From: Syntrophaceae bacterium UBA2208
Lineage (GTDB): Bacteria; Desulfobacterota; BSN033; UBA1163
Assembly: GCA_002327885.1 (NCBI GenBank)
Contig: DCUS01000125.1
Span: forward strand, 1-51,706
Direction: 5' to 3'
Length of the DNA: 51,706 nt
In this document: one piece after another, positions 1 through 9,496 of the stretch
Layout: each line of letters opens with the position of its first letter
How positions within the stretch are numbered: the first letter of the stretch is position 1
The notes under the pieces: model-generated
The model's database searches: none
Seen by the model: only the letters and a program-made list of their open reading frames with translations
Told to the model about the DNA's origin: nothing
Made by a program: the position numbers and the translations under genes

Positions 1-1866
1 GGTCTTCTAAAACTTAAAAAGGCAGGGGTCCATCTGGGGGCGGCCAAAACCCATCAACACACCGCAAAGAACAATATTCCAGAGACGTCCTTAAAGTTAG
101 AGTTGGCTCAAGGACTGATGAAATTCAATTGGGATGAGAAGGAACTTCTATTGACATGGGATTTCGATTCAGAAAAAAAAGGTAAATTTCACGGGAACCT
201 TTCATCACCGCAGCCTGCCCAGATGGCCCTTCCTGATCAGGGAAAGATTGCGGCAAATTGGGAGGGGATAGACCTCACCCTCCTCAAGCCCTATCTCCCT
301 CAACGGCTTTTTCTTGAAGGTGGCGTAGTCGGCCACTTCTCCGGACAGTGGTCAAATCGTCAACTCGATGCGTCTGGCGAGCTGAGGATCTCTCAAGGAG
401 TTGCGCGCTGGGAGAACGAGGGAGGTTCCATCAGGGCCCCTCTCCGTGCCGCACATGTAAAATGGGCCTGGCGTGACGATCATTTACTCGGGGATATTTC
501 TCTGGCACTCGAAGAATATGGCTATGCCAACGGAAGTTTCCAGTTTCCTCTATCTTCCCGATGGCCGACGACCATTCGTTTCAGGGATTCCATCCGGCTC
601 TCTCTCGAAGGGCAATTTCAGGAAAAGGGACTCCTTCAAGCTCTCTTTCCGGGCATGGTTCAGGAGAGTCAAGGGCAAATTCATCTCAACCTCATGGGAA
701 ATGGGACATGGGAGAGACCCAACCTTGAAGGTCATCTTAAACTGGAAAAGGCAGGAGCCTATTTGCCCGCGGCTGGCATTCGTCTGGAGGAATTGTATGG
801 AGAAGCACAGTTCAAAGGAGAGGAGATTCGCATCACTTCCTTTCGAATCCTTTCCGGTCCCGGGCAGATTGAAGGAAATGCAACCGTCCGAATCGAAAAC
901 TGGAAGGTTTCTCATTACCAGGGCCATCTGAAAGGGGAACGCTTTCAGACCGTTCATCTCCCGGAGCTACGGGTTTTGAGCTCTCCCCGCCTCGATTTCC
1001 ATGGCACCCCGGAAAAAATATCTGTAAGGGGGGAGATACTGCTTCCCGATCTCCTGATTTCCGGCCCCCCTACCAAAGACGTGATCCGTCCCAGTCCTGA
1101 TGTCATGGTGGTCGATATGCCGGAGGCAACGAAAAAAGTTCTGCCCATTGTCCCGGATGTTCAGGTTCGCATGCTTTTGGGAGAAAAGGTCTATTACAAA
1201 GCGGAGGGGATGGATGTCCGTCTGAAAGGAGGGTTGAGACTCAATGTCCAGGATCCGAATAAGATTGCTGCAGAGGGAGAAATCGGCGTGGTTCAAGGAC
1301 ATTATATTTTCTATGGCAAGAAACTTGAGATTATACGGGGGCGTCTCCTTTTCGCCGGAAGTTCTATTGACAATCCAACCATCGATGCCCTAGCCGTTCG
1401 AAAAATAGATGACATTCAGGCTGGCGTGGCCGTGACGGGTTCTCTTCAGAAACCGATCATCAAACTCTACTCTCGACCCTCCATGACGGATACAGATATT
1501 CTTGCCTACATTGTTTTAGGCCAGCCTCTTGGCAAAGGCACGGAAGCAGCTCCCTCCCTGATTCAGGCGGCAGGAGCCCTTCTCTCTGCAGGGGAATCCG
1601 TGATCCTGCAGGGCCAGCTTAAGAAGATGTTTGGCCTGGATACACTGGATATTACCACTCCGCCAGGCGGGGATGAAGTCTCCCGTTCTATGGTGACCAT
1701 CGGAAAGTACCTCACCCCCAAACTCTATATTAGTTTGGGTCGGTCGCTCTTCACCGACGCCGCTCTTGTCACGCTTCGTTATACCCTTTCCAAACGGTTG
1801 GAAATCGAAACCACAACAGGAACCGAAAGCGGCGTGACATTATTTTACAGAATCGAATTCAGGTAG
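1..1866 (+). CDS. tamB: TamB-family translocation/assembly module protein, C-terminal part (gene starts upstream of the window)
   Basis: Frame 1 is open from base 1 with no stop before the TTG listed at 103, so the ORF is cut by the window edge. It is a long beta-rich sequence ending ...RLEIETTTGTESGVTLFYRIEFR, a DUF490/TamB-type C-terminus. Confidence 0.7.
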   Translation, partial: GLLKLKKAGVHLGAAKTHQHTAKNNIPETSLKLELAQGLMKFNWDEKELLLTWDFDSEKKGKFHGNLSSPQPAQMALPDQGKIAANWEGIDLTLLKPYLPQRLFLEGGVVGHFSGQWSNRQLDASGELRISQGVARWENEGGSIRAPLRAAHVKWAWRDDHLLGDISLALEEYGYANGSFQFPLSSRWPTTIRFRDSIRLSLEGQFQEKGLLQALFPGMVQESQGQIHLNLMGNGTWERPNLEGHLKLEKAGAYLPAAGIRLEELYGEAQFKGEEIRITSFRILSGPGQIEGNATVRIENWKVSHYQGHLKGERFQTVHLPELRVLSSPRLDFHGTPEKISVRGEILLPDLLISGPPTKDVIRPSPDVMVVDMPEATKKVLPIVPDVQVRMLLGEKVYYKAEGMDVRLKGGLRLNVQDPNKIAAEGEIGVVQGHYIFYGKKLEIIRGRLLFAGSSIDNPTIDALAVRKIDDIQAGVAVTGSLQKPIIKLYSRPSMTDTDILAYIVLGQPLGKGTEAAPSLIQAAGALLSAGESVILQGQLKKMFGLDTLDITTPPGGDEVSRSMVTIGKYLTPKLYISLGRSLFTDAALVTLRYTLSKRLEIETTTGTESGVTLFYRIEFR

Positions 1867-1884
1867 TCAAAGGAGGAAGTTCGA

Positions 1885-3537
1885 ATGTTACCACATCCTT
1901 TAGCGGGCATGCCACCTCCAAATTCTATCTTAGTCAATGTTCCTCGATTAGTCACCGCGTACTATCTAAATCGTCCTGACCCCAAAAATCCTGCGGAGAG
2001 GGTCATCTTCGGAACATCCGGGCACAGGGGTTCGTCTTTTAAGAAAAGTTTTAACGAGGGTCATGTCCTGGCCATGACCCAGGCTATTTGTGACTACAGA
2101 AGGAAAAATGCGATTAATGGCCCTCTCTTTCTTGGAATGGATACTCATGCTCTTTCAGATCCAAGCCATATGACGGTTGCCGAGGTTTTAGCAGGGAATG
2201 AGGTCAACGTCATGGTCCACAAAAATCTGAATTTCACTCCTACCCCCGTGATCTCTCACGCTATTCTTGTCTACAACCGGGGAAGAAAGGCTGCCCTGTC
2301 CGACGGTATCGCCATTACACCCTCTCACAATCCTCCCGATGACGGAGGATTGAAATACAACCCGCCTCACGGCGGCCCTGCCGATACCAGCATAACGCGT
2401 TGGATAGAGAACCGAGCCAATGCCATTTTACAGTCCGGTCATGAAGAAATACGAAAGATTCCCTTTGAAAAGGCCGTTAAAACAGGCACCCTACGCCAAT
2501 ATGACTACATTACCTCTTATGTTGAGGATCTTAAAAATGTCATCGATCTTGAAATCATCCGATCGTCCGGTGTGCGTATTGGCGTCGATCCCATGGGAGG
2601 GGCCACCCTATCATTTTGGGAACAGATTGCCCAGAGGTATGAATTAGACCTGGATGTGGTCAATCCTATCGTTGATCCTACATTCGGCTTCATGACCATT
2701 GACCATGATGGCAAGATCCGAATGGACTGTTCTTCTCCTTATGCCATGGCCAGACTGATCGAATTGAAGGATAAATATGATATCGCCTTCGGAAACGATC
2801 CTGACGGTGATCGCCATGGTATTGTGACATCAAGCATGGGGCTCATGAACCCCAACTATTATCTGTCCGTGGCAATCTGGTATCTATTTCATAATCGGCC
2901 TGACTGGAACAAGGATGCGGCCATTGGAAAGACTCTGGTGACCAGCAGCATGATCGATCGGATAGCGGAGGAGATGGGGAGAAATTTATCCGAAGTCCCG
3001 GTTGGATTCAAATGGTTTGTCAAGGGCTTAATGAACGGCGCCCTTGGGTTTGCAGGAGAAGAAAGTGCAGGAGCCTCCTTTTTACGAAAAGATGGAACCG
3101 TGTGGACAACAGATAAAGATGGATTCATCCTCAATCTCCTTGCAGCAGAGATGACGGCAAGAACCGGTAGTGATCCCGGTGTGCAGTATCAAAATCTGAT
3201 AGAGATGTTCGGCAATCCGACCTATGAAAGAATCGACGCCGCAGCCACTCCGAAGCAGAAGGAGGTTCTTGGGAAACTTTCTCCAGATAATATAACCGAA
3301 TCCACCTTAGCCGGAGAGACCATTACAGCCAAGCTGACCGAAGCTCCGGGAAATAAGGCTCCATTGGGTGGCATTAAGGTAGTCACCCGAAATGGGTGGT
3401 TTGCTGTCCGGCCTTCCGGCACGGAAGATGTTTACAAGTTTTATGCGGAAAGCCTTAAGAGTAAAGAACACCTTATCCGTATTCAGGAGGAGGCCAGAAC
3501 AATCATTGAGACTTTTTTTAAATCTGCCGGGGTTTAG
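1885..3537 (+). CDS. pgm: Phosphoglucomutase (alpha-D-glucose phosphate-specific)
   Basis: 550 aa. It has the GTSGHRGSS motif and the phosphoserine loop TPSHNPPDDGGLKYN, and its length and architecture match E. coli Pgm. RBS AAAGGAGGAAG precedes the ATG. Confidence 0.9.
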   Translation: MLPHPLAGMPPPNSILVNVPRLVTAYYLNRPDPKNPAERVIFGTSGHRGSSFKKSFNEGHVLAMTQAICDYRRKNAINGPLFLGMDTHALSDPSHMTVAEVLAGNEVNVMVHKNLNFTPTPVISHAILVYNRGRKAALSDGIAITPSHNPPDDGGLKYNPPHGGPADTSITRWIENRANAILQSGHEEIRKIPFEKAVKTGTLRQYDYITSYVEDLKNVIDLEIIRSSGVRIGVDPMGGATLSFWEQIAQRYELDLDVVNPIVDPTFGFMTIDHDGKIRMDCSSPYAMARLIELKDKYDIAFGNDPDGDRHGIVTSSMGLMNPNYYLSVAIWYLFHNRPDWNKDAAIGKTLVTSSMIDRIAEEMGRNLSEVPVGFKWFVKGLMNGALGFAGEESAGASFLRKDGTVWTTDKDGFILNLLAAEMTARTGSDPGVQYQNLIEMFGNPTYERIDAAATPKQKEVLGKLSPDNITESTLAGETITAKLTEAPGNKAPLGGIKVVTRNGWFAVRPSGTEDVYKFYAESLKSKEHLIRIQEEARTIIETFFKSAGV

Positions 3538-3733
3538 CCATTCCTCCATGTAGGGATTCATCTGAGTTTGTAGCAAATTGCCACAGGATGTCTCTTTTCT
3601 CCACGATTTAACCTCTCCTAATTTTTGCATATACATTTTAACCGATTGAAATTTCAAATAATTTTCATTTAAATCTTCGGCATTCTTTTTGCTGATAATG
3701 ATTGTTATTGATTTCAATTTCAAGGAGGAAAAG

Positions 3734-4792
3734 ATGGCCTGGAAAGATGATGATGAATTTATTAGAGGAAGTGAAGGACAAGGCTACAGCGGCCCTTCGA
3801 TGGAGGACATTGCTGTAAAGATTCAGCAAAAACTATTCCGTTGGGGAGGAAAGAGAATTCTGTTCATCCTCTTAGCCATCGTAATCGGAATCTGGATAGC
3901 ATCGGGAATTTATATTGTCGGTCCAGGGGAAATGGGGGTGATTCGGCAATTTGGGAAGGAGGTGGATCAAACTTCCCCCGGGCTGAGATACCGTCTTCCC
4001 TGGCCCATTCAGACCCATGATGTGGTTCATTTAGCCAAAGTGAGGAGGGCGGAAATAGGCTTGCGGACGGATCCGTATTCGGGTAAGTCACGGCCCGAAA
4101 TCAAGGAAGCCCTGATGCTAACGGGTGATGAAAATATTGTGGATGCCCAACTCTTTGTTCAATACATTGTCAAAGATCCTTCTCAATTCCTCTTTCGGGT
4201 GAGAGAATCGGAGGTAGCCTTAAAGACCTCTGCGGAGGTGGCTCTTCGAAGCGTGGTAGGCAGGAATACAATTGATTATACGATGACCGAAGGAAGGGTT
4301 GTTGTTCAGGATGAGATTAAGAAATACCTTCAAACTCTTTTAGACGAGTACCAGACAGGTTTGATGGTGACGGAGGCCAGGCTCCTGGTGGTTGACCCGC
4401 CCGAAGAGGTGAAGGATGCCTTCCACGATGTGGTCAGGGCATGGGAGGATCGGGAACGCCTGATGCGGGAGGCAGAGGGGTACCGCGAGGACCTCATTCC
4501 CAAAGCCAAGGGGGAGGCTACCCAGATGGTACGAAGTGCAGAGGCATACAAGGAGCAACGGGTCATTCGGGCCCAGGGGGATGCCACGAAATTTTTAGAT
4601 GTTCTCAGAGCGTATAGGAAGGCGAAAGATGTGACCCGGGAGCGGCTCTATTTGGAAACTCTGGATAAAGTCCTGCCGGGAAGAGAAAAATATATTTTAC
4701 CCCCGGAAGGGAAAGGCTCGGTTCTAAAGTGGCTGCCCTTGAGAGAGATGACGATTTCACCCAAAGAAAACAAAGAAGATAAGAAGGAGTAA
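3734..4792 (+). CDS. hflK: FtsH protease modulator HflK (SPFH/band-7)
   Basis: It has one N-terminal TM helix (ILFILLAIVIGIWIASGIYIV), an SPFH domain and a charged C-terminal tail, and is followed directly by hflC. I moved the start to ATG 3734 behind AAGGAGGAAAAG (the track ORF begins at 3689). Confidence 0.85.
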   Translation: MAWKDDDEFIRGSEGQGYSGPSMEDIAVKIQQKLFRWGGKRILFILLAIVIGIWIASGIYIVGPGEMGVIRQFGKEVDQTSPGLRYRLPWPIQTHDVVHLAKVRRAEIGLRTDPYSGKSRPEIKEALMLTGDENIVDAQLFVQYIVKDPSQFLFRVRESEVALKTSAEVALRSVVGRNTIDYTMTEGRVVVQDEIKKYLQTLLDEYQTGLMVTEARLLVVDPPEEVKDAFHDVVRAWEDRERLMREAEGYREDLIPKAKGEATQMVRSAEAYKEQRVIRAQGDATKFLDVLRAYRKAKDVTRERLYLETLDKVLPGREKYILPPEGKGSVLKWLPLREMTISPKENKEDKKE

Positions 4793-4798
4793 ATAACC

Positions 4799-5668
4799 AT
4801 GGAAACGAAAAAGATCATCACATCCATTTTAATTTTGATCGGTTTTATCTTTTTATCAAATGCGACGTTCACGATCGATGAGAAGGAACAGGCCATTATC
4901 ACCCAATTCGGAAAATATATCCGAACCATTCAAGAGCCAGGATTGCATTTCAAGGTTCCAATCCTTCAAACCCTGCACCTTTTTGAGAAGCGGGTTTTGA
5001 CAACGGATGCCGTTGCTGTGGAATACATCACCGCCGACAAAAAGAGGGTGGTGGTGGATCATGTTTCACGGTGGAAAATTGAAGATCCTCTGGAATTTTA
5101 TCGGAGCGTTAGAACCGAGGCAGGGGCGCTCGCACGACTGGAGGATATCCTGGTTGCCCGCTTAAGGCAGGAGATTGCCAAACACACGTTTATCGGATTC
5201 ATCAGGGAGGATAGGGAGAAGATCGTTGAAACGGTAGCGAAAGAAGCCCATGAGTTGGCGAAACGTTTTGGCATCAAGATTATTGATGTTCGAATCAAAC
5301 GGGCTGATCTTCCCAAAGAGGTTCAGGCCAGTGTCTTTGCCCGTATGCAGGCAGAACGTCACCGGATTGCTATGCGATATCGGTCCGAAGGTGAACAGCG
5401 GTCTCGGGAGATCAAGGCGGAAACCGACAAAGAGAAAGAAATCATCCTTGCCAAAGCCTATCAACAGCAGATGAAATTTTTCGGCGAAGGGGATGGCCGT
5501 GCCACGGAGATTTATGCCTCTTCTTATGAACAGGACGCAGAATTCTATTCATTTCTCAGGAGACTCCAGACTTATGAAAAACTTTTTGAGGGAAAAACGA
5601 CGATTCTCCTTGAATCCGATTCCGAACTTCTCAAATACTTCAGAAATCCCCGGGTATCCAATAGATGA
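4799..5668 (+). CDS. hflC: FtsH protease modulator HflC (SPFH/band-7)
   Basis: 289 aa with an N-terminal TM helix and an SPFH domain, starting 7 nt after the hflK stop. This is the classic hflKC pair. Confidence 0.85.
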   Translation: METKKIITSILILIGFIFLSNATFTIDEKEQAIITQFGKYIRTIQEPGLHFKVPILQTLHLFEKRVLTTDAVAVEYITADKKRVVVDHVSRWKIEDPLEFYRSVRTEAGALARLEDILVARLRQEIAKHTFIGFIREDREKIVETVAKEAHELAKRFGIKIIDVRIKRADLPKEVQASVFARMQAERHRIAMRYRSEGEQRSREIKAETDKEKEIILAKAYQQQMKFFGEGDGRATEIYASSYEQDAEFYSFLRRLQTYEKLFEGKTTILLESDSELLKYFRNPRVSNR

Positions 5669-5842
5669 AAAGAACCGATATCTCGTCGTTAATGGTATCG
5701 TAAAGAGTTTCTGAAAAGGCTATTTTCGGCTTTTCCTTCACAAGCGGGGTTGGGTTAGCCTTCTTGGGTAATTAAAATTTCCTTGGAATCCCGTTTTTAC
5801 AGAGGCAACAATTTTCCTGAAATTGTTTCATTCGATGATAGG

Positions 5843-6220
5843 ATGGTCATGATGGAGAATGGCAAGAAACGAATATTGATTATTGAAGATGACGAGGAGA
5901 TGAGGTCTTTGTTGAAAGATTTCTTTGAGGAGGATGGGTTTGAGATAGATTCTGTGAGCAATGGCTCCGAGGCTTTCCGTAAGGTCGCCAGGGAGTCTTT
6001 TGATCTGATCATCACCGACATTCGAATGCCTGGCTTAACCGGATTAGATATTCTTCCAGGGATCAGGAAACTTCAACCGGAGGTCTCGATCATTGTGATC
6101 ACCGCATTTGGAAGTCAGGAGGTCCATCGTAAAGCCTTAGATAGAGGAGCGACCGCCTACTTAGAGAAGCCCATTCTTTTCAATAAACTTAGAACGTTGG
6201 TTCATGAAATGATCTTTTAA
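5843..6220 (+). CDS. Single-domain response regulator (REC only)
   Basis: KRILIIEDDEEMRSLL...DLIITDIRMPGLTGLDIL...VIVITAFG is a CheY-like receiver with the acidic pocket and phospho-acceptor Asp, and there is no output domain. The track ORF starts at TTG 5783. ATG 5843/5849/5852 are more plausible starts. Confidence 0.8.
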   Translation: MVMMENGKKRILIIEDDEEMRSLLKDFFEEDGFEIDSVSNGSEAFRKVARESFDLIITDIRMPGLTGLDILPGIRKLQPEVSIIVITAFGSQEVHRKALDRGATAYLEKPILFNKLRTLVHEMIF

Positions 6221-6239
6221 GAAAAAGGTGGAGTTAAGA

Positions 6240-6641
6240 ATGGTCGGAATTCTGATTGTCTCCCATGGAAGGTTGGCGGAGGCTCTCATCTCATCGGTTC
6301 AGGTTCTCGTTGGAAATTTACAGAAAACAAGAGGCGTTTCTGTCTGGCCAAAAGATAAAGGGAGAGAAGTTAAAGAGCGGATTCAAAAAGAAATCGAGGA
6401 AGTTGATGACGGAGATGGAGTGGTGATTCTGACGGACGTCTTGGGTGGGACCCCGACAAATCTCAGTCTTTCTTTCTTAAAAGAGGAGAAAGTCGAAGTC
6501 GTGACCGGTGTGAACATGGCGATGTTATTAACCCTATCGAGTTATCGAAAAGGACGGTCATTAAAAGAGATCGGCAAGTTAGTGAAGAAGTCAGGACGTC
6601 GAAGCATCACTCTGGCGAAATGTTTACTCAGAGCAAAGTGA
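6240..6641 (+). CDS. PTS EIIA component, mannose/fructose family (orphan)
   Basis: GILIVSHGRLAEALISS with the phosphorylatable His, and ...VVILTDVLGGTPTN, are typical of EIIA(Man). No EIIB/C/D lies nearby. The start follows an AAGGTGGAG RBS. Confidence 0.75.
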   Translation: MVGILIVSHGRLAEALISSVQVLVGNLQKTRGVSVWPKDKGREVKERIQKEIEEVDDGDGVVILTDVLGGTPTNLSLSFLKEEKVEVVTGVNMAMLLTLSSYRKGRSLKEIGKLVKKSGRRSITLAKCLLRAK

Positions 6642-6649
6642 GGGAAAAG

Positions 6650-6865
6650 ATGGATGAAGTGAAATGCCCAACATGCGGGAAGGCAATTATGACGACCGGG
6701 GAGGTAGAAAGTCTGATCAAAAGAACCATGAGTAAAACCCTGTTATCCCATTGTTTATGTGGGGAGTCCTTTGAAATCCGATCTCTTAAGAAAAATACCC
6801 TTAACATTTCTACCTCGTCCGGGAAAAAGGTCGAACAATTCATTGAAGATGAGCCAGGATCATAA
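6650..6865 (+). CDS. Small hypothetical protein with two Cys pairs (possible zinc ribbon)
   Basis: MDEVKCPTCGKAIM...SHCLCGESFEI, with a GAGGGAAAAG RBS. No family recognised. Confidence 0.4.
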   Translation: MDEVKCPTCGKAIMTTGEVESLIKRTMSKTLLSHCLCGESFEIRSLKKNTLNISTSSGKKVEQFIEDEPGS

Positions 6866-6940
6866 TGCCCACCCTTAGATTGGCTTTTTCAATGGCTTAT
6901 CCCTAAAGGGTCCTCTCTTTGTTCCGTTTGTTGAAGCGGT

Positions 6941-6969
6941 TTGGTGAGGCGACGATAATCGATTATAAT
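6941..6969 (+). promoter_or_regulatory. Candidate sigma-70 promoter of the gpgS cluster
   Basis: TTGGTG (6941-6946), a 17-nt spacer, then TATAAT (6964-6969), about 40 nt upstream of the gpgS ATG. Based on the sequence pattern only. Confidence 0.3.
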
Positions 6970-7010
6970 GAGGGTATTTCAACTTTCTTCCAAAGACAAG
7001 GAGGGGATCT

Positions 7011-8219
7011 ATGAGCGATTTTTTTCAACCCGGAGTGATCACCACCCTCCATCATTTAAAAAAAATGAACCTCGAACGGATAGAGATGGAATTGGAGTTC
7101 TATTCAAGGTATAATCCCATTGCACTCGTTTTACCCTCTCTCTATTCCGAACTTAAAGAGAAGGCCCTGAAAAGTATTGTTTCAGAGATCAAGAGGGTCA
7201 AATACATCAATCAGGTCATTGTCACTCTGGGAAGGGCAAATAAAGAAGAGTTTGAACATGCAAAAGAGTTCTTTTCCATACTTCCGCAGGAGACGATTAT
7301 CGTCTGGAACGATGGGGGACGAGTGGAATCCCTTTACGACATATTGGACAAGAATGATATTTCAGCGGGGGAGGATGGAAAAGGACGTTCCGCCTGGATG
7401 GCTTTTGGTTATATTCTTGCCAGTGAAAAGAGCGAGGTGATTGTTCTTCATGACTGCGATATCCTGAGTTATGATAGAGAATTCATAGCCCGTTTGTGTT
7501 ACCCGGTCACCAATCCAAATTTAGGATATGAATTCTGCAAGGGATATTACGCTCGGGTCACGAATAAATTGCACGGGAGAGTGACACGCCTTTTAGTTAC
7601 CCCTCTGTTGCGATCTCTTGAACGAATTTTAGGGTACCTTTCTTTTCTGGTCTATCTGGATAGCTTTCGATACCCTTTAGCCGGAGAATTTTCAATGATA
7701 ACGGATCTGGCAAGGATCAATAGGATTCCATGGGATTGGGGCCTTGAAGTGGGGGTCCTCTCGGAAGTCTTTCGAAATTGTTCCCTCCGGCGGATCTGTC
7801 AGGTCGATTTGACAGAGAATTATGAGCATAAGCACCAGGAACTTTCTCCGGATGATCCGAGTAAAGGGCTTTTAAGAATGTCTACGGACATCGCCAAGAA
7901 CCTTTTTAGAAACTTAGCCAGTGAGGGAATCGATCTTTCCGAAAGTCTGCTTAAGACATTAAAGGCAGCTTACTTAAGAATGGCGCAGGAGGCCATCACA
8001 AAATATCATGACGATGCGGCCATCAACGGGCTCGACTTCGATCGCCATGAGGAAGGAGTGGCTGTTGAAACCTTTACCAGAGGAATTGAATTGGCCGGCA
8101 AGGCATTTTTAGAGGACCCCCTAAGCATTCCCCTTATTCCTAATTGGAGTCGGGTGACCTCTGCGATCCCGGACTTTTTGGAGAGATTGAAGAATGCGGT
8201 CGATGACGACAACACGTAA
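7011..8219 (+). CDS. gpgS: Glucosyl-3-phosphoglycerate synthase-like retaining glycosyltransferase
   Basis: GKGRSAWMAFGYIL...VIVLHDCDILSYD...HGRVTRLLVTPLLRSL...PLAGEFSM...WGLEVGVLSEV...QVDL..NYEHKHQ follows the GpgS/MpgS-type motif order (DxD, GRVTEL-like loop, terminal HxH-like motif). An MpgP-like phosphatase follows it. Confidence 0.7.
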   Translation: MSDFFQPGVITTLHHLKKMNLERIEMELEFYSRYNPIALVLPSLYSELKEKALKSIVSEIKRVKYINQVIVTLGRANKEEFEHAKEFFSILPQETIIVWNDGGRVESLYDILDKNDISAGEDGKGRSAWMAFGYILASEKSEVIVLHDCDILSYDREFIARLCYPVTNPNLGYEFCKGYYARVTNKLHGRVTRLLVTPLLRSLERILGYLSFLVYLDSFRYPLAGEFSMITDLARINRIPWDWGLEVGVLSEVFRNCSLRRICQVDLTENYEHKHQELSPDDPSKGLLRMSTDIAKNLFRNLASEGIDLSESLLKTLKAAYLRMAQEAITKYHDDAAINGLDFDRHEEGVAVETFTRGIELAGKAFLEDPLSIPLIPNWSRVTSAIPDFLERLKNAVDDDNT

Positions 8220-9033
8220 ACTTATCATCTTTACTGACCTCGATGGAACGTTACTTGATCGAAACACCTATGCCTTTGAACAGGCGACGCCCGCTCTTCT
8301 TTTCATTCAGCAGAAAAACATCCCCCTTGTTTTTTCAAGCAGCAAAACAAGGGCGGAGATTGAATTTTACCGGAGAAAGTTGGAAAACGATCACCCATTC
8401 ATTTCTGAAAACGGAGGGGCGGTATTCGTCCCCAGATATTATTTTTCATTTCCTTTTTCTCATGACAGAGAATCAGGGGAATATCTTGTTTTAGAATTTG
8501 GCGCTTTCCATCCACACATTAGAGAGACATTAGAAGCAATTAAAAAGGAGACCGGGATAAAGATTCGGGGATTCTCCGATTTGACGGAAAAGGAAATTGC
8601 CTCTCTTTGCGGATTAAGTATGATAGAAGCAGGGTATGCCAAGAAGAGAGAGTACGATGAGCCGTTTATGGTGGAGGGAGGGGACAAAGAAGTCGAAAAG
8701 GTAAGGGAAAAGATTGAGGAAATGGGTTTGAGCTACGTGTGGGGAGGAAAATTTCACCATATTTTGGGCAAGAACGATAAGGGGAAAGCCGTTGAGATTT
8801 TGAAAGAGTTCTACGAGAAGCAATTCCTTTCGATTCTGACGGTTGGAATTGGAGATAGTCTGAATGACCTGCCCATGTTATCAGTCGTTGACCTTCCTGT
8901 TTTTCTCAAAGGGAAAGATAACGTTTCGGAGGAGGTTCTATCAGCGATTCAAAATATTACGATGGTCGATGACACTGGGCCACAGGCCTGGAACGAATTG
9001 ATTTTAAACATGCTCCATAAGTTGGGAATCTAA
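8194..9033 (+). CDS. HAD-IIB phosphatase, mannosyl/glucosyl-3-phosphoglycerate phosphatase family (MpgP/YedP-like)
   Basis: KLIIFTDLDGTLLD (HAD motif I), ...SSSKT (motif II) and ...GIGDSLNDLPML (motif IV). It overlaps the 3' end of gpgS by 26 nt. Confidence 0.7.
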   Translation: MRSMTTTRKLIIFTDLDGTLLDRNTYAFEQATPALLFIQQKNIPLVFSSSKTRAEIEFYRRKLENDHPFISENGGAVFVPRYYFSFPFSHDRESGEYLVLEFGAFHPHIRETLEAIKKETGIKIRGFSDLTEKEIASLCGLSMIEAGYAKKREYDEPFMVEGGDKEVEKVREKIEEMGLSYVWGGKFHHILGKNDKGKAVEILKEFYEKQFLSILTVGIGDSLNDLPMLSVVDLPVFLKGKDNVSEEVLSAIQNITMVDDTGPQAWNELILNMLHKLGI

Positions 9034-9050
9034 ATGGAAAGGGGAGATCG

Positions 9051-9356
9051 ATGCAGTTCTTCTATTGGTTGATTTTTCTGATGGCGATTGGAATTGCCAT
9101 CTTTACGGTCCAGAATTCGGACGCCCCGTTTATAAACATTAAATTTCTTCTGTGGCAATTTGAGACCTCCTTGGTCTATACCATCTTTGGATCCATCGGC
9201 GCCGGCATTCTGATCAGTTTATTTTTCTGGATTCCGAGAGTGGTCAAGACGTCGATTCGTTCAAGAGAATTGAAGCGAGAGATCAAGAATCTGGAGACCG
9301 TGTTATACAAACCTGCCTCTCTGGGGCAGAATGGGAATAAAAGCAAGGAGCCATGA
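9051..9356 (+). CDS. LapA/DUF1049-family small inner-membrane protein
   Basis: 101 aa with two TM helices (FFYWLIFLMAIGIAIFTV and VYTIFGSIGAGILISLFFWI), then a charged coiled tail (RSRELKREIKNLE). Confidence 0.6.
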   Translation: MQFFYWLIFLMAIGIAIFTVQNSDAPFINIKFLLWQFETSLVYTIFGSIGAGILISLFFWIPRVVKTSIRSRELKREIKNLETVLYKPASLGQNGNKSKEP

Positions 9357-9496
9357 AAAAACCGATGATGATTCCTATTCTCAGAAAATAAGTTTTCCGT
9401 TATAAGGTCAGGGTTAAGAGGCACTCGGGGAGGGTTCAAAGAGAAGGAAAGGGTGAGTGGTTAGAGGGATGTTGGGAATAGGTTAAGAGAGATCAG